Shown: positions 47,490 through 59,810 of the stretch, in pieces | How the letters are laid out: the number at the start of each line of letters is the position of its first letter | Position numbering within the stretch: position 1 is the first letter of the stretch | Program-made: the position numbers and the translations under genes | The notes under the pieces: model-generated | What the model was told of the DNA's origin: nothing | Database searches by the model: none | The model's input: only the letters and a program-made list of their open reading frames with translations | Origin: Acidobacteriota bacterium | GTDB lineage: Bacteria; Acidobacteriota; UBA6911; RPQK01; JANQFM01 | Length of the DNA: 64,000 bases | Direction: 5' to 3' | NCBI GenBank assembly: GCA_041630155.1 | Contig: JBFKLX010000003.1 | Span: 1,915 to 65,914, forward strand

Positions 47490-49961
47490 TTAGGGTGTTG
47501 TGGTGGGCTCAGGATCGGCAACGATCTGCGGAACCAGTGTGAGATTGCGGGTGATCGTCTGGCTGAAAGCGGCCACGGCCACCGGGCGGGAAGCTCGGAC
47601 GACCAACGAACGGGCAGGAGTTCTGGGATGCACGGGGAACCACCGGGGCAGGCGAGCTTCGAGTCGCTCGCGGGGGCCCAGTGTCGCTTTTCGGACGATC
47701 AGGGTATAGTTGCGACCTCTGTCCAGCTCCAGTTCGACCTGGGCACTCTCTTCGGACGAATTCAGGATGTAAAGGAACAAATCCGCTGCGCTTTCGGGTC
47801 GCAGCTCGAATTGGAACTGGGAGGCGAAGCGGGCCGCCGGAAACAAGACACTTCCTCGACCTGCCCCTTCCGTTTTCACGAACCCGGTCAGGGCTTCATC
47901 AGCGTTGACCTCGAGCCACCCGGTCCGACTGGCCCCTTCCCAGCTGGCAGGCCAGGAACGCACCTCGAGCGGTGCAAGCCGAAACATTATTTCGGTCGGA
48001 CTCGCCCCTGCCAGGAGCGGCATCTCAGCCTCGCTTCCATCGGTTCCGCCCAAACGCAGCGTTCCCTGCGCAGTCTCCAGCCCAGGATTGAACAGGACCA
48101 GACGGGTGTCCCAGCCCGGACGCGCTTGGAAGTACGGAAAAACGAGGTGGGTCTGGCGAGCCGCCAATCCCGCCAGCGGCACCTCTGCCGCACCCCACGG
48201 CCCCAGGAAGAGCAGGTGCGCGCTCACCGGGGAATCCGACCGCAGCCCGAGCCATCCCAGATCAGCAGGCCCGCCTCCCGGCAACCCGGTCGCGTCGTTG
48301 GCCGGCCAGAGCAGGCGGCCGGGGGGAAGGGTGATCGTTTCGCGTCCTCCTTTCGATTCACTCCAGCGGGAGCCGCGAATCTCCAAGATAGTAGTTGATT
48401 CGCTGGAATTCTCGAACAGCAAACGAGAACTGGTCTTGTCTCGTTCGGTAACAGGGAAGGAGGCCTCTTGGACCGGCTCGTCGTCCAAGACGGCCTGTTC
48501 CTTCATCCCGGCGAAGGCTACCTCCAGGAAGGCGGGATTCGAAGAGTCCGGTGGAAGATTCGTCTCGAACTTCCCGTTCCGGTAGAGCAAATGATAGCTG
48601 GATTTGGAGTCGGACGAATTGCGGCGCAGATAATCGTTCCAGTGGGGATAGACCTGCAGGCGGGAGGAGCCATAGGCGAGCCTGAGCAGGAATACTTGAT
48701 GATAGCGAGGGATGGGGGAGTTTTCGATCACCAGGACCGCATCCGGTGGAAGATCCGGATGCCTCTCGAACAGTGCAGTTGCAAACCCCCGCCACAGCTT
48801 GCCCCGGTAGAGAAAACTCCGCCGGCCGCGGTCGAAAGCGTCCCAATGCCAGGTGGCCAAGAGGACCAGAAGGACGCCGAAGGCTCCCAACTGGAGCCCC
48901 CGCCTGTCTCTGAACCGCTCTGTGGAAACGAGGCGAACCCCTTGCAGCAGGAGGGCAGCCAGGTAGAGGGCAAGGCCGAGAGCGGGGATGTAGAGAAAGA
49001 GTCCCCAAACACGAGGAAGCGGAAGCACCGGCGCCAGGACGAGCAGGAACCAGGCCAGGCCGAAAATCATGTGCCGGTTGCGCAGCATCAAAGCCAGGAG
49101 GGCGGCCATGGCGAGTCCGATCGACGCGCCGAGAGCCGAGAGTTCGAACCAGCCACCAGCCAGCTGTTCCAAATATTGAGCGAGGTTGTGAGGAATTGTC
49201 GCGTCGAGGTGGTAACGGTACAGAGGGTTTGTTGTGAAGCGGGTTGTTGGACCCCAGATTTTGCCCACGGCGTCGATCAGAGAGATCAGGAAGAAGGGGG
49301 ATAGCCGGACGGCGGATGCCGCCAGCACCCGCCTTTTCGGAGAGCAGTAGAGCAGCTGATAGAGCAGCAGGATCGCCGGCAGGAGAGCCGCAATTTCCTT
49401 GGCGCCGAGGGCCATCCCGAAACTGAGAAAAGAGAGAATGTAGGCCTTTTTCCGCCCACCCTCGAGATAGTTGAGGTAGAAGTGGAAACTGGCGCACATC
49501 AAACCCAGCGCCAGGGTCTCGTAAACCGCACCAAAGTTGTACCAGACGGTCACGTAGGCGGGGTGAATCGCCGCCAGCGCAACCGCGGTGGCAGCCAGGA
49601 AGCGCTGCTTCGTGATGCGCAGCAACAGGGTGAAAGCCAACACCAGATTGAGACTCGTCAGGATCAAGCCCGTCAGGTAGTAGGCCAGTGGATTCACCCC
49701 GAAGAGATCGTAGAGGATCACGTAGACGAGCCCGCCCACAGGGCGCTTGTAGTCCACCCAGAAATGAAGGTTGGCGAGCAGCGCGTCCTGCCAAGGCCTG
49801 AAGACGTAGTAGTGCAGGTTGCTGACGTCGTCGCCGGAAAGGTAAGCGCCCAGCATGGGGAGGACGAACGGCACTGAATAGAGGAGGATCAGAGCAAGCA
49901 GCAACGCCGAAAACCAGGAAGTTCGAAGACGAGAGTCCGGAGTTCGGCGGCGATCGTCCAT
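47490..49961 (-). CDS. Large polytopic membrane protein (PMT/ArnT/YfhO-like glycosyltransferase-type topology, family uncertain) with a C-terminal soluble module homologous to the giant-protein repeat module
   Basis: ~12 TM helices then LVFPYFQARPGWDTRLVLFNPGL... and FLYILNSSEESAQVELEL... segments resembling the 38646-42743 repeats; start MDDRRR at 49961. Confidence 0.55.
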   Translation of the reverse strand: MDDRRRTPDSRLRTSWFSALLLALILLYSVPFVLPMLGAYLSGDDVSNLHYYVFRPWQDALLANLHFWVDYKRPVGGLVYVILYDLFGVNPLAYYLTGLILTSLNLVLAFTLLLRITKQRFLAATAVALAAIHPAYVTVWYNFGAVYETLALGLMCASFHFYLNYLEGGRKKAYILSFLSFGMALGAKEIAALLPAILLLYQLLYCSPKRRVLAASAVRLSPFFLISLIDAVGKIWGPTTRFTTNPLYRYHLDATIPHNLAQYLEQLAGGWFELSALGASIGLAMAALLALMLRNRHMIFGLAWFLLVLAPVLPLPRVWGLFLYIPALGLALYLAALLLQGVRLVSTERFRDRRGLQLGAFGVLLVLLATWHWDAFDRGRRSFLYRGKLWRGFATALFERHPDLPPDAVLVIENSPIPRYHQVFLLRLAYGSSRLQVYPHWNDYLRRNSSDSKSSYHLLYRNGKFETNLPPDSSNPAFLEVAFAGMKEQAVLDDEPVQEASFPVTERDKTSSRLLFENSSESTTILEIRGSRWSESKGGRETITLPPGRLLWPANDATGLPGGGPADLGWLGLRSDSPVSAHLLFLGPWGAAEVPLAGLAARQTHLVFPYFQARPGWDTRLVLFNPGLETAQGTLRLGGTDGSEAEMPLLAGASPTEIMFRLAPLEVRSWPASWEGASRTGWLEVNADEALTGFVKTEGAGRGSVLFPAARFASQFQFELRPESAADLFLYILNSSEESAQVELELDRGRNYTLIVRKATLGPRERLEARLPRWFPVHPRTPARSLVVRASRPVAVAAFSQTITRNLTLVPQIVADPEPTTTP

Positions 49962-50097
49962 GTCGGAGCATTGTACATTTGAGCCCCGGGAGAGGCGACC
50001 AGTCCCCGGCCCGAACAGTTTCGCCCCAGCCTCTGGGCGCCCGGCCCACTCTCCAGCTGCCGGTTGCAGAGGATTGTCTTGGGGGAGTGCTGTCCGG

Positions 50098-50769
50098 TCA
50101 CCAGGGCGGTGAGATGATCGCATCTACCGGGGGCGCCGGATAGTACTGCATCGTTCGCTTGACCTTGCGCGCCATGTCGGGCGATGCAAAGCGCGCGACG
50201 AAATGCAGCGACATGTCGATGCCGGCGCTGATGCCCGCGGAGCTCAGGCATTTGCCATCATCCACGAAGCGGTCGTCGCCGCGAACGTCGATGTCGGTGC
50301 CCAGCCCCGCCAGCAGATCGAGACATTTGAAGTGCGTCGTGGCGCCCCGACCGTCGAAGACTCCGTAGGCGGCGTAAACGAGGGCCCCCACGCACACGCT
50401 GACCGGCATGGCGCCCGAGTCGAAGGCAGCCTCGAGCATCGCTTCGATGTCCGGTCGCAGACCTTTGTCGTAGTTGCAATCCACGAAGTGGGACTCCATG
50501 TTCTGCCCACCCAGGTAGAAAAGGGCATCCAGCGGCAGGACGTTGTCGGGCCAGATTTTGTCCGGGATGAGCTTCATTCCCTTGGCGCCCACGACGTGGT
50601 CGCGGCCGCCCGGCAAGGGAAGGGAGAAGGTGAAGAGGTCCACCTGGCGCTCTTCCGTTGAGCCCTTGGCCAGGAAGCGCCACCAGCCGAGAACCTCCAG
50701 GGGGCCGACCACATCCATCTCGTCGACGCGATCGAAAACGAAGATCCCGATGCGGAAGGGATTGGCCAT
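50098..50769 (-). CDS. DJ-1/PfpI family protein
   Basis: MANPFRIGIFVFDRVDEMDVVGPLEVL; nucleophile-elbow Cys in SVCVGALVY. Confidence 0.7.
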   Translation of the reverse strand: MANPFRIGIFVFDRVDEMDVVGPLEVLGWWRFLAKGSTEERQVDLFTFSLPLPGGRDHVVGAKGMKLIPDKIWPDNVLPLDALFYLGGQNMESHFVDCNYDKGLRPDIEAMLEAAFDSGAMPVSVCVGALVYAAYGVFDGRGATTHFKCLDLLAGLGTDIDVRGDDRFVDDGKCLSSAGISAGIDMSLHFVARFASPDMARKVKRTMQYYPAPPVDAIISPPW

Positions 50770-51179
50770 GTCGAACCTCCAGGGTCGTGAACCGTGCGAA
50801 GGCTCGCGAAACCGGATCGCCGGAGCCTCGATCCACGGTTTTCCTGAGCAAACCCACACGAAGTCCGTCGGGAGGATCTGCAGTCTCGGCGACTGGCTAC
50901 TCTGATGGAGCCCTCGACGGACCTCTTGCCACCCCCGGGGCCGTCCGTGGCGACGCCTGGTCAGCGCGGCGCTTCCGGCGCCCCGTCGACGAGGAACGAT
51001 AGAAAGATCGCCCACGACCCCTGCAACATATGTGACTGTGATTGATGATTCCAGCATTACGATATGCGGACGGAAGAGGCGGCGTCAAGGGGAATCTGGG
51101 GAACGGAAACGGACCGCACCCACGGCGCGGCCAGACCGAACCCCACTCGTGAAACCTCAACTGGAAAGTTCGAACTCCC

Positions 51180-51484
51180 CTACCATCCCTGGGGGAGTCT
51201 TTGCCAGTCGCGCGACAGGTAGTCGCTCATCAGGAAGGCCAGCAGGATCACCAGCCAGAAGAAGCCGGCGCCGGCGTAGACCCAGGTGAGGCGGCTGCTG
51301 TAGCGGACGTGCATGAAGTAGAGGATGACCAGAGTGGCCTTCAGGATGGCGATCGAGAGGGCGAGGATGGTGTTGTAGCTGCCGGGCAGGTCCAGGAAAG
51401 CGGCCCAGACGGTCAAAAGCGTCAGGACCATGAGGGAGGAGAAGATCACCAGATAGACCCTGATCGGGACGACGTGATCGGACA

Positions 51485-51485
<1 letters not shown>
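51180..51485 (-). CDS. Cytochrome c oxidase subunit IV (caa3-type small subunit)
   Basis: 101 aa, 3 TM, last gene of the cox operon; start overlaps the coxC stop. Confidence 0.6.
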
Positions 51486-53827
<2,342 letters not shown>

Positions 53828-53831
<4 letters not shown>

Positions 53832-54802
53832 GGGTTGCTCACGGTCCTTTCCGGGGCGGTCGGCGCCTGGCTGGACGCCTGCAAAGACTTGACATAGGCA
53901 ATGATCTGCAACAGGCCGGTCTCATTGATTTGCCCTTGAAAGGTGGGCATGATCTGGGAGTATCCGGCTACCATCTTGGCGCCTGGATTGAGTATCGACT
54001 CACGAATGTAGGCTTCGTCCGCCAGGACGGTCTGTCCGCCCTGCAGCCGCACCGGCTGGCCCCACAACTGGGCCAGATCGGGGCCGCGAGCGCCCGAGGT
54101 CTCGTTGTGACAGGTGTTGCAGCGCAATTGTTCGAACAGCTTTCGGCCCGACACTTCCAGGGGTTCGCCGGCGCCGGCGCCGCTCAGCCAGCTCTCGTAG
54201 TCGACCGGGTCCATGACCGTCACCCAGCCGATCATTTGCGAATGTTTGGTGCCGCAGTACTCGGTGCAGAACAGGTGGTAGCGGCCCGGCCTGGTGGCCT
54301 CGAACCAGGCGCTGGTCTAGCGTCCCGGCAAGACGTCCATCTTGATGCGAAACGCCGGGATGAAGAAGCTGTGAATGGTGTCTTCGGAGGTCATGGTCAA
54401 GCGCACGGGCTGTCCCACGGGCACGTGCAGGGAGTTGATCTCCCGCTGGCCGCTGGGGTGCTGAATCTTCCACATCCACTGCTTGGCCACCACCAGCATG
54501 TCCAGCGTGTCCGAAGGCGCCCGGTTCATCTTGTAGTAGAGCGACGTCCCCCAGACGAAGATCCCCATGGCGATGACGAAGGGAATGATCGTCCAGGTCA
54601 GCTCCAGCTTGAGCGAACCGACCAGGGGCCTCGGCACTTCGAGCTCGGACTTGCGCCGGTAGCGGATGGCGAAGTACGTCACCAGCGAAAAGATCAGGAC
54701 CGAGAAGAAGAGGCTGACCGCGATCAGGAAAAAGTAGAGGGTGTCGACCTCTCCCGCGATCGTCGAAGCCTGTTCGGGAAACAAGAACGAATCAGACCAC
54801 AT
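53828..54802 (-). pseudogene. coxB: Cytochrome c oxidase subunit II with C-terminal cytochrome c domain (caa3-type), interrupted by one in-frame TAG (plus-strand 54317-54319)
   Basis: Same frame on both sides of the TAG: ...[42 protein letters not shown]... (intact CuA site H-C-E-C-H-M) and CNTCHNE haem motif downstream. Confidence 0.8.
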
Positions 54803-54825
54803 AAGCGTTGAACCCGTATCCTTTG

Positions 54826-55686
54826 TTAGCGGTGCGCAACTCCCCGTCCTGCGGTCACTTCTTTGGCGCGCTCGGCGCGCAGGAACCAGATCATCATGCC
54901 GACCACTCCCAGCAGCGTGAGCAGTGCGGCGATCCGGAGCACGTTCATGATCACCAGGCTGTAGCGGCCCAAAGCGGGATCGTAGCGGAAACAGTACAGC
55001 AGCACCTGGTCCACCGGCGTTCCGATTCTGCCTGAAGCCGCCTCCACCAGGGTCAGCCGCAAATCACGAGGCGAGTACTCGACGCCGAAGAAGTAGCGGG
55101 CGACCTTTCCCTCGGGCGTGAGGACCTGAATGGCGCTGGCGTGGCTGTACAGGTCCGTCTCGGGCTCGTAACGGTAGCGGAAGCCCACCGCGTCGGCCAG
55201 GGCCTGGATAGATGCCTCGGGGCCGGTCAGGAAGTGCCAGCCGGCGGCGCCCTCCGGCCGGCCGTACCCTTTGACGTACACCCCCTTCTTGTCATTCGCC
55301 ATCTGCGCCGTCTCTCCGGGGTCGATACTGACGGTCACGATCCGGTACTCCTCGCCCAGATCGAACTGGAGGGGGCGGATCGCGCGCAGCACTCCGTTGA
55401 GGATTTCCGTGCAGAGCATGGGGCACTCGTAATAGGCGAGGACCAGGACGACCGGCTGCCGGCCGAAGTAGTCGCCCAGCCGGACGGTCCGCCCCTGCTC
55501 GTCGGTGAATTCGGCATCCAGAGGTACCTGGGCGCCCAGCTTCTGGTCGATTCCCACGTTCTGCAGGCCGGGCGGCCGCTGGTCGGCGTTCAAGACTTGG
55601 CCGTGTGCTCCGGACATCAGCGGGCCGAACGCCAGCACCACGGCCGGTGCGGCCAGCCGAAACCAGTTTTGCTTCACTCTTCTCAT
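54826..55686 (-). CDS. SCO1/SenC family copper chaperone (thioredoxin fold, CxxxC), membrane-anchored
   Basis: CPMLC motif; N-terminal signal/anchor from MRRVKQN; C-terminal TM. Confidence 0.75.
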   Translation of the reverse strand: MRRVKQNWFRLAAPAVVLAFGPLMSGAHGQVLNADQRPPGLQNVGIDQKLGAQVPLDAEFTDEQGRTVRLGDYFGRQPVVLVLAYYECPMLCTEILNGVLRAIRPLQFDLGEEYRIVTVSIDPGETAQMANDKKGVYVKGYGRPEGAAGWHFLTGPEASIQALADAVGFRYRYEPETDLYSHASAIQVLTPEGKVARYFFGVEYSPRDLRLTLVEAASGRIGTPVDQVLLYCFRYDPALGRYSLVIMNVLRIAALLTLLGVVGMMIWFLRAERAKEVTAGRGVAHR

Positions 55687-55721
55687 CCGACTCACGTACC
55701 TTCCTCGATGGGCCAGTCCGT

Positions 55722-56072
55722 CTACCGGGCGTCCGGCCTCTGGGGTGGCGCCTGGACTTCCGGCAGACCCCGTTCCAACAGCAACTGCATGGCTCGTTCG
55801 ATGGGAATCCGCACGACTTGGCCGTCCCGGTCGATCCACTGGTAACTCTCCAGCATCTGGGAGCTTCTCATCCGGTACTGCTCCAGGTCGATGCCGGGAG
55901 CGGGCTGCAGTCTCGGCAGCGGGGGCAGGGGATTGGGTTCTGCCAGGGGTGACGGCAGGATGTCGACTGCCGCCTGCCGCTCTTCCAGGAAGTCGAACAT
56001 CCCGATCATGCCCACGAAAGCGATCACCGAAGCCACCGCCAGTATGACGGTCAGCCAGACGATCGGTTTCAT
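55722..56072 (-). CDS. Small membrane-anchored protein within the act-cox operon (possible accessory subunit)
   Basis: Single N-terminal TM (MKPIVWLTVILAVASVIAFVGMIGM), then a Pro-rich linker and soluble domain. Confidence 0.4.
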   Translation of the reverse strand: MKPIVWLTVILAVASVIAFVGMIGMFDFLEERQAAVDILPSPLAEPNPLPPLPRLQPAPGIDLEQYRMRSSQMLESYQWIDRDGQVVRIPIERAMQLLLERGLPEVQAPPQRPDAR

Positions 56073-56124
56073 CTGGACATCGGTTTGTTCGTGTTTGGGA
56101 GGTGCAGGCTTCCCCGGCGTCGGG

Positions 56125-57315
56125 TCAACCATGTTCGACCATCCTCTCTCCGAAGGCCTCTCTCAGGCGCGGATCGTTGATGGGCAGCAGCGCCCGATCC
56201 TTCAGTTTGTGGCACAAGACGGCCAGCCAGAGCCCGCCCAGTCCCAGAAAGGCCACCGGGTCGGTCCACTGCACGTTGAAGCCGGCATGATGATCGATCC
56301 CAGGGACGATCAGGAAGAACAGGTCGGCGATGCGCAGCAACAGCAGCGCCCCGGCCAGCAATCCCAGCACTCGAGCCCGCTGTTTGTTGCTTCGCGAGAG
56401 CAGCAGCGCGAAGGGCAGGGCGAAATGAAAAACGATCAGGAAAATCGCCAGGTACTCCCAGCCGCCGTGGGTGCGGCTGAGATACCAGGGGATTTCCTCC
56501 GGCAGATTGCCCGACCACACGATCAGGTACTGCGAGAAGTTCAGATAGGCCCAGAGCATCACGAAGGCGAGCAGAAGGTTGCCCAAGTCGTGGAAGTGCT
56601 TGGGTTGAACGATCTTGGCCAGCGGCTCGTACGGGCGCAGCCAGCGCAAGCAGAGAACCGCGAACGCCAGGGCCGCCAAACCGTAGCTCTCCAGGAAGAT
56701 CAGGCCGTAGATAGTGGAGAACCAGTGGGGCTCGAGCGACATGGCCCAGTCGATCGAGCTGAAGGTGATGGTGGCGCCCATCAGCAAGATTCCCGGCCCG
56801 CTGATCAGCTGCAGCTGGCGTGTCAGCCCGGGGTCTCCGGTCCGGTCCTGCTGCACCGAGCGCAGGTTCAGGATGTAGGCCCAGGCGATCCAGAGGGCGA
56901 AGTAGAGGGCGGCGCGGCCGATGAAAAAGGGGACGTTCAGGTAAGGCTGCTTGAGCTGCAGGAGTTCGTCCTGCGCGACGGCCTCGGGGCGAGCCCATTC
57001 GAACAGCTCGGGCAGTCCGAACAGCAGCGGGATGAAGAGAACCCCTACCAGAGGAAAGGTCCGCGTGACCGCCTCCAGGATGCGACGGATCACGAAACCC
57101 CAGCCGCCTCCCACCATGTGATGAAGCATGAGAATCGCCAGCGAACCCACCGTGATGCTCAGGAAGAAGAGGTAGCTCAACAGGTAGGATCGGAAGAAAT
57201 GCCCCGGGTGGACGGAGAAGGCCACGGCCAGACCCAGGACGCCCAGGCCGCCGGCGATCAGGAAGCGACCCCGGAGTCGGTCCAGTTGGTTGGCCAGGGC
57301 TTCGGCGACTTTCAT
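56125..57315 (-). CDS. actF: Alternative complex III subunit ActF (NrfD/PsrC-like membrane protein)
   Basis: Polytopic NrfD-like protein following actE. Confidence 0.75.
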   Translation of the reverse strand: MKVAEALANQLDRLRGRFLIAGGLGVLGLAVAFSVHPGHFFRSYLLSYLFFLSITVGSLAILMLHHMVGGGWGFVIRRILEAVTRTFPLVGVLFIPLLFGLPELFEWARPEAVAQDELLQLKQPYLNVPFFIGRAALYFALWIAWAYILNLRSVQQDRTGDPGLTRQLQLISGPGILLMGATITFSSIDWAMSLEPHWFSTIYGLIFLESYGLAALAFAVLCLRWLRPYEPLAKIVQPKHFHDLGNLLLAFVMLWAYLNFSQYLIVWSGNLPEEIPWYLSRTHGGWEYLAIFLIVFHFALPFALLLSRSNKQRARVLGLLAGALLLLRIADLFFLIVPGIDHHAGFNVQWTDPVAFLGLGGLWLAVLCHKLKDRALLPINDPRLREAFGERMVEHG

Positions 57316-57887
57316 GGGCGTTCCTCGATCGTGACTCCCGCCGGCACGTCGGCGGGTGTGGCATTCTGGCTCAGCTGCAGGGCTCGAATGTAGGCGATGA
57401 TCGCCCAGCGGTCCTCCGGTGCGACCCGGGACGCATAACTGTACATGGCCCCGAAGCCGTTGGTGATGACGTCGAAATAGTAGCCGGGCGGCGAGCCGCG
57501 CAGCCGATCGATGTGGAATGAGGGGGGCGGACGCAAGCCACGTTGCACGATCATCCCGTCTCCGTATCCGGCATGCCCATGGCAGGGCGAGCAGAAGATG
57601 TCATAGCGCTCCCGGCCCCGCTCGAGCAGCTCCCGGGTCAATTCCAGCGGGAGGGCGGCGGCCGGCTGACCATTCACCTTGCCCGTGTAGAGATGCTCGT
57701 CTTCGTGGAGCTGGCCACGCGCCACGGTGCCCTCCACGACGGGGCGCGAGGCCCGGCCGTCCCGGAAGAACCGGCTCTCGGCCAGCGGCTTGTAGCGCGG
57801 CTGATCGTGCATGTCCATCCGGCAGCCTCCCGTGAACGCCCCCAGGGCGAGCAGAAGTCCCGCAGCCGGTCCCCTGGGCAGCCTCAT
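57312..57887 (-). CDS. actE: Alternative complex III subunit ActE (monohaem cytochrome c lipoprotein)
   Basis: Lipobox LLLALGAFTGGC; CSPCH haem motif. Confidence 0.75.
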   Translation of the reverse strand: MRLPRGPAAGLLLALGAFTGGCRMDMHDQPRYKPLAESRFFRDGRASRPVVEGTVARGQLHEDEHLYTGKVNGQPAAALPLELTRELLERGRERYDIFCSPCHGHAGYGDGMIVQRGLRPPPSFHIDRLRGSPPGYYFDVITNGFGAMYSYASRVAPEDRWAIIAYIRALQLSQNATPADVPAGVTIEERP

Positions 57888-58423
57888 GACTCCACCTCGT
57901 GGACTCCGTGGGCGCCCAGGCCCTCCAGAAAGTCCCGGGTCTTCTCCCGGTCGTAAAGGGGATCGCCGGCCTCGATGCAGAGGAAGAATCGGTTGCGAGT
58001 GGCCAGCTTGAAGCGATTCACGTTGAACACCGGATGGTACGGCATCGGCAGCCCGTTGAGGGCCAGCATTCCCAGCACGGCGGCCAGAGCGGCTGCCAGG
58101 ACGGTGGTCTCGAAGGTGATGGGAATGAAGGCGGGCCAGCTGTGCAGCGGGCGCCCCCCGATGTTGAGAGGGTACTCGATGACGGTCGCCCAGTACTGCA
58201 GGCCGTAGCCCCCTAGCGCTCCCAGCAGGCCTCCCGTCAGAACGATCAAAGGCAGCCAGGTCCTCTTGAACCCCATCGCTTCGGCCAAGCCGTGCACCGG
58301 CAGCGGCGTGTAGGCGTCCATCTTCCGAAAGCCGGCGGCGTGAGCGGCGGTGGCAGCCTGGAGAATCTCCCCCTGGCTGCGGAATTCCGCCAGCATGCCG
58401 TAAGCCGGAAGTTCTCGACTCAT
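57884..58423 (-). CDS. actD: Alternative complex III subunit ActD
   Basis: Position and size; two central TM helices; DUF3341-like. Confidence 0.7.
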   Translation of the reverse strand: MSRELPAYGMLAEFRSQGEILQAATAAHAAGFRKMDAYTPLPVHGLAEAMGFKRTWLPLIVLTGGLLGALGGYGLQYWATVIEYPLNIGGRPLHSWPAFIPITFETTVLAAALAAVLGMLALNGLPMPYHPVFNVNRFKLATRNRFFLCIEAGDPLYDREKTRDFLEGLGAHGVHEVES

Positions 58424-58436
58424 GCCTCGTCACTCC

Positions 58437-59810
58437 TCAATGATGCGTCGTGTCCTCGCCATCGCCGCGCCCCGGCAGCAAGGTCCGCATTTCGAAAATG
58501 GAAATCATCGGCAGGACCCGGATGAACAGGAACAGCAAGGACAGAAACAACCCCAATGTGCCGATGTAAATGGCCCAATCCCAGAAGGTGCCGGCATACA
58601 TGCCCCACGAGGAAGGCAGGAAATCGCGGTGCAGGCTGGTCACGACGATCACGTAGCGCTCCAGCCACATGCCCACGTTGACGATCAGCGAGACCACGAA
58701 CAGCATGCCCGCGTGGTTGCGAACCTGCCGGATCCACAGCACCTGGGGCGTCAGGACGTTGCACAGGATCAGCATCCAGTACATGTACCCGTACGGTCCC
58801 GTCATGCGGTTGGCCATCATGTAGCCTTCGTAGATGCTTCCGCTGTACCAGGCGAAGAAGGTTTCCATCATGTAGCCGTAGGCGACGATCAGGCCGGTGG
58901 CCAGCATGATCTTGGCCATGTTGCGCAGGTGGCGCATCGTGATGAAGTCTTCCAGCCCGTAGAGTTTGCGGATCGGGATGGCCAGCGTCATCACCATCGC
59001 GAATCCCGAATAGATCGCTCCGGCCACGAAATAGGGCGGGAAAATGGTGGCGTGCCAGCCGGGAACGATTCCGACCGCGAAGTCGAAGCTGACCACGGTG
59101 TGAACCGACACCACCAGCGGCGTGGCCAGCCCAGCCAGCAGGAGATAGGCCGTTTCATAGCGAAACCAGTGGTACGCCGAGCCCCGCCAGCCCATGGCCA
59201 GCATGCCGTAGACGACGCGCGCCAGCTTGACCTTGGTGCGGTCGCGCAGGGTCGCCAGGTCGGGAATCAGCCCCACGTACCAGAACAGCAGCGAAACCGT
59301 GCCGTAGGTCGATACGGCGAACACGTCCCAGACCAGGGGGCTCCGGAACTGGGGCCACATCAGCATCGTGTTGGGGTAAGGCACCAGCCAGTAAGCCAGC
59401 CAGGGGCGCCCCGTGTGCAGCAGTGGGAAGATTCCCGCGCAAGCCACCGCGAACAACGTCATGGCTTCGGCGAACCGGTTGATCGACGTCCGCCAGTCCT
59501 GCCGCAGCAGCAGCAGGATGGCTGAGATCAACGTTCCGGCATGGCCGATACCGATCCACCAGACGAAGTTGATGATGGCGAATCCCCAGCCCACCGGAAC
59601 GTTGATGCCCCACACGCCCACGCCGATCAGAAGGGTGTAGGCGATGGCGTAAAGCATCAGCATCAGCAGCGTGAAGGCACCGGCGAAGCCGATGAACCAG
59701 CCCAGAGGAGTTCGGCCCGTCAGGACGATCGCGCTGATCTTGTCGGTGACCGAAGCGTAGGAGTGGCCCGGCTCGATCACCGGGGGTGGCAGTTCCGGTG
59801 GGCTACTCAC
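58437..59810 (-). CDS. actC: Alternative complex III subunit ActC (NrfD/PsrC-like quinol-interacting membrane subunit)
   Basis: 10-TM NrfD-like sequence WGINVPVGWGFAIINFVWWIGIGHAG. Confidence 0.85.
   Translation of the reverse strand: MSSPPELPPPVIEPGHSYASVTDKISAIVLTGRTPLGWFIGFAGAFTLLMLMLYAIAYTLLIGVGVWGINVPVGWGFAIINFVWWIGIGHAGTLISAILLLLRQDWRTSINRFAEAMTLFAVACAGIFPLLHTGRPWLAYWLVPYPNTMLMWPQFRSPLVWDVFAVSTYGTVSLLFWYVGLIPDLATLRDRTKVKLARVVYGMLAMGWRGSAYHWFRYETAYLLLAGLATPLVVSVHTVVSFDFAVGIVPGWHATIFPPYFVAGAIYSGFAMVMTLAIPIRKLYGLEDFITMRHLRNMAKIMLATGLIVAYGYMMETFFAWYSGSIYEGYMMANRMTGPYGYMYWMLILCNVLTPQVLWIRQVRNHAGMLFVVSLIVNVGMWLERYVIVVTSLHRDFLPSSWGMYAGTFWDWAIYIGTLGLFLSLLFLFIRVLPMISIFEMRTLLPGRGDGEDTTHH

Noticed and set aside
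47225-47521. 98-aa minus-strand ORF in the rSAM/membrane-protein intergenic region
   Set aside because: Most of it is Pro/Arg-rich and overlaps the end of the 47490-49961 gene. Only its last 19 codons (micro-ORF in the AT-rich leader) are mentioned, as a speculative finding.
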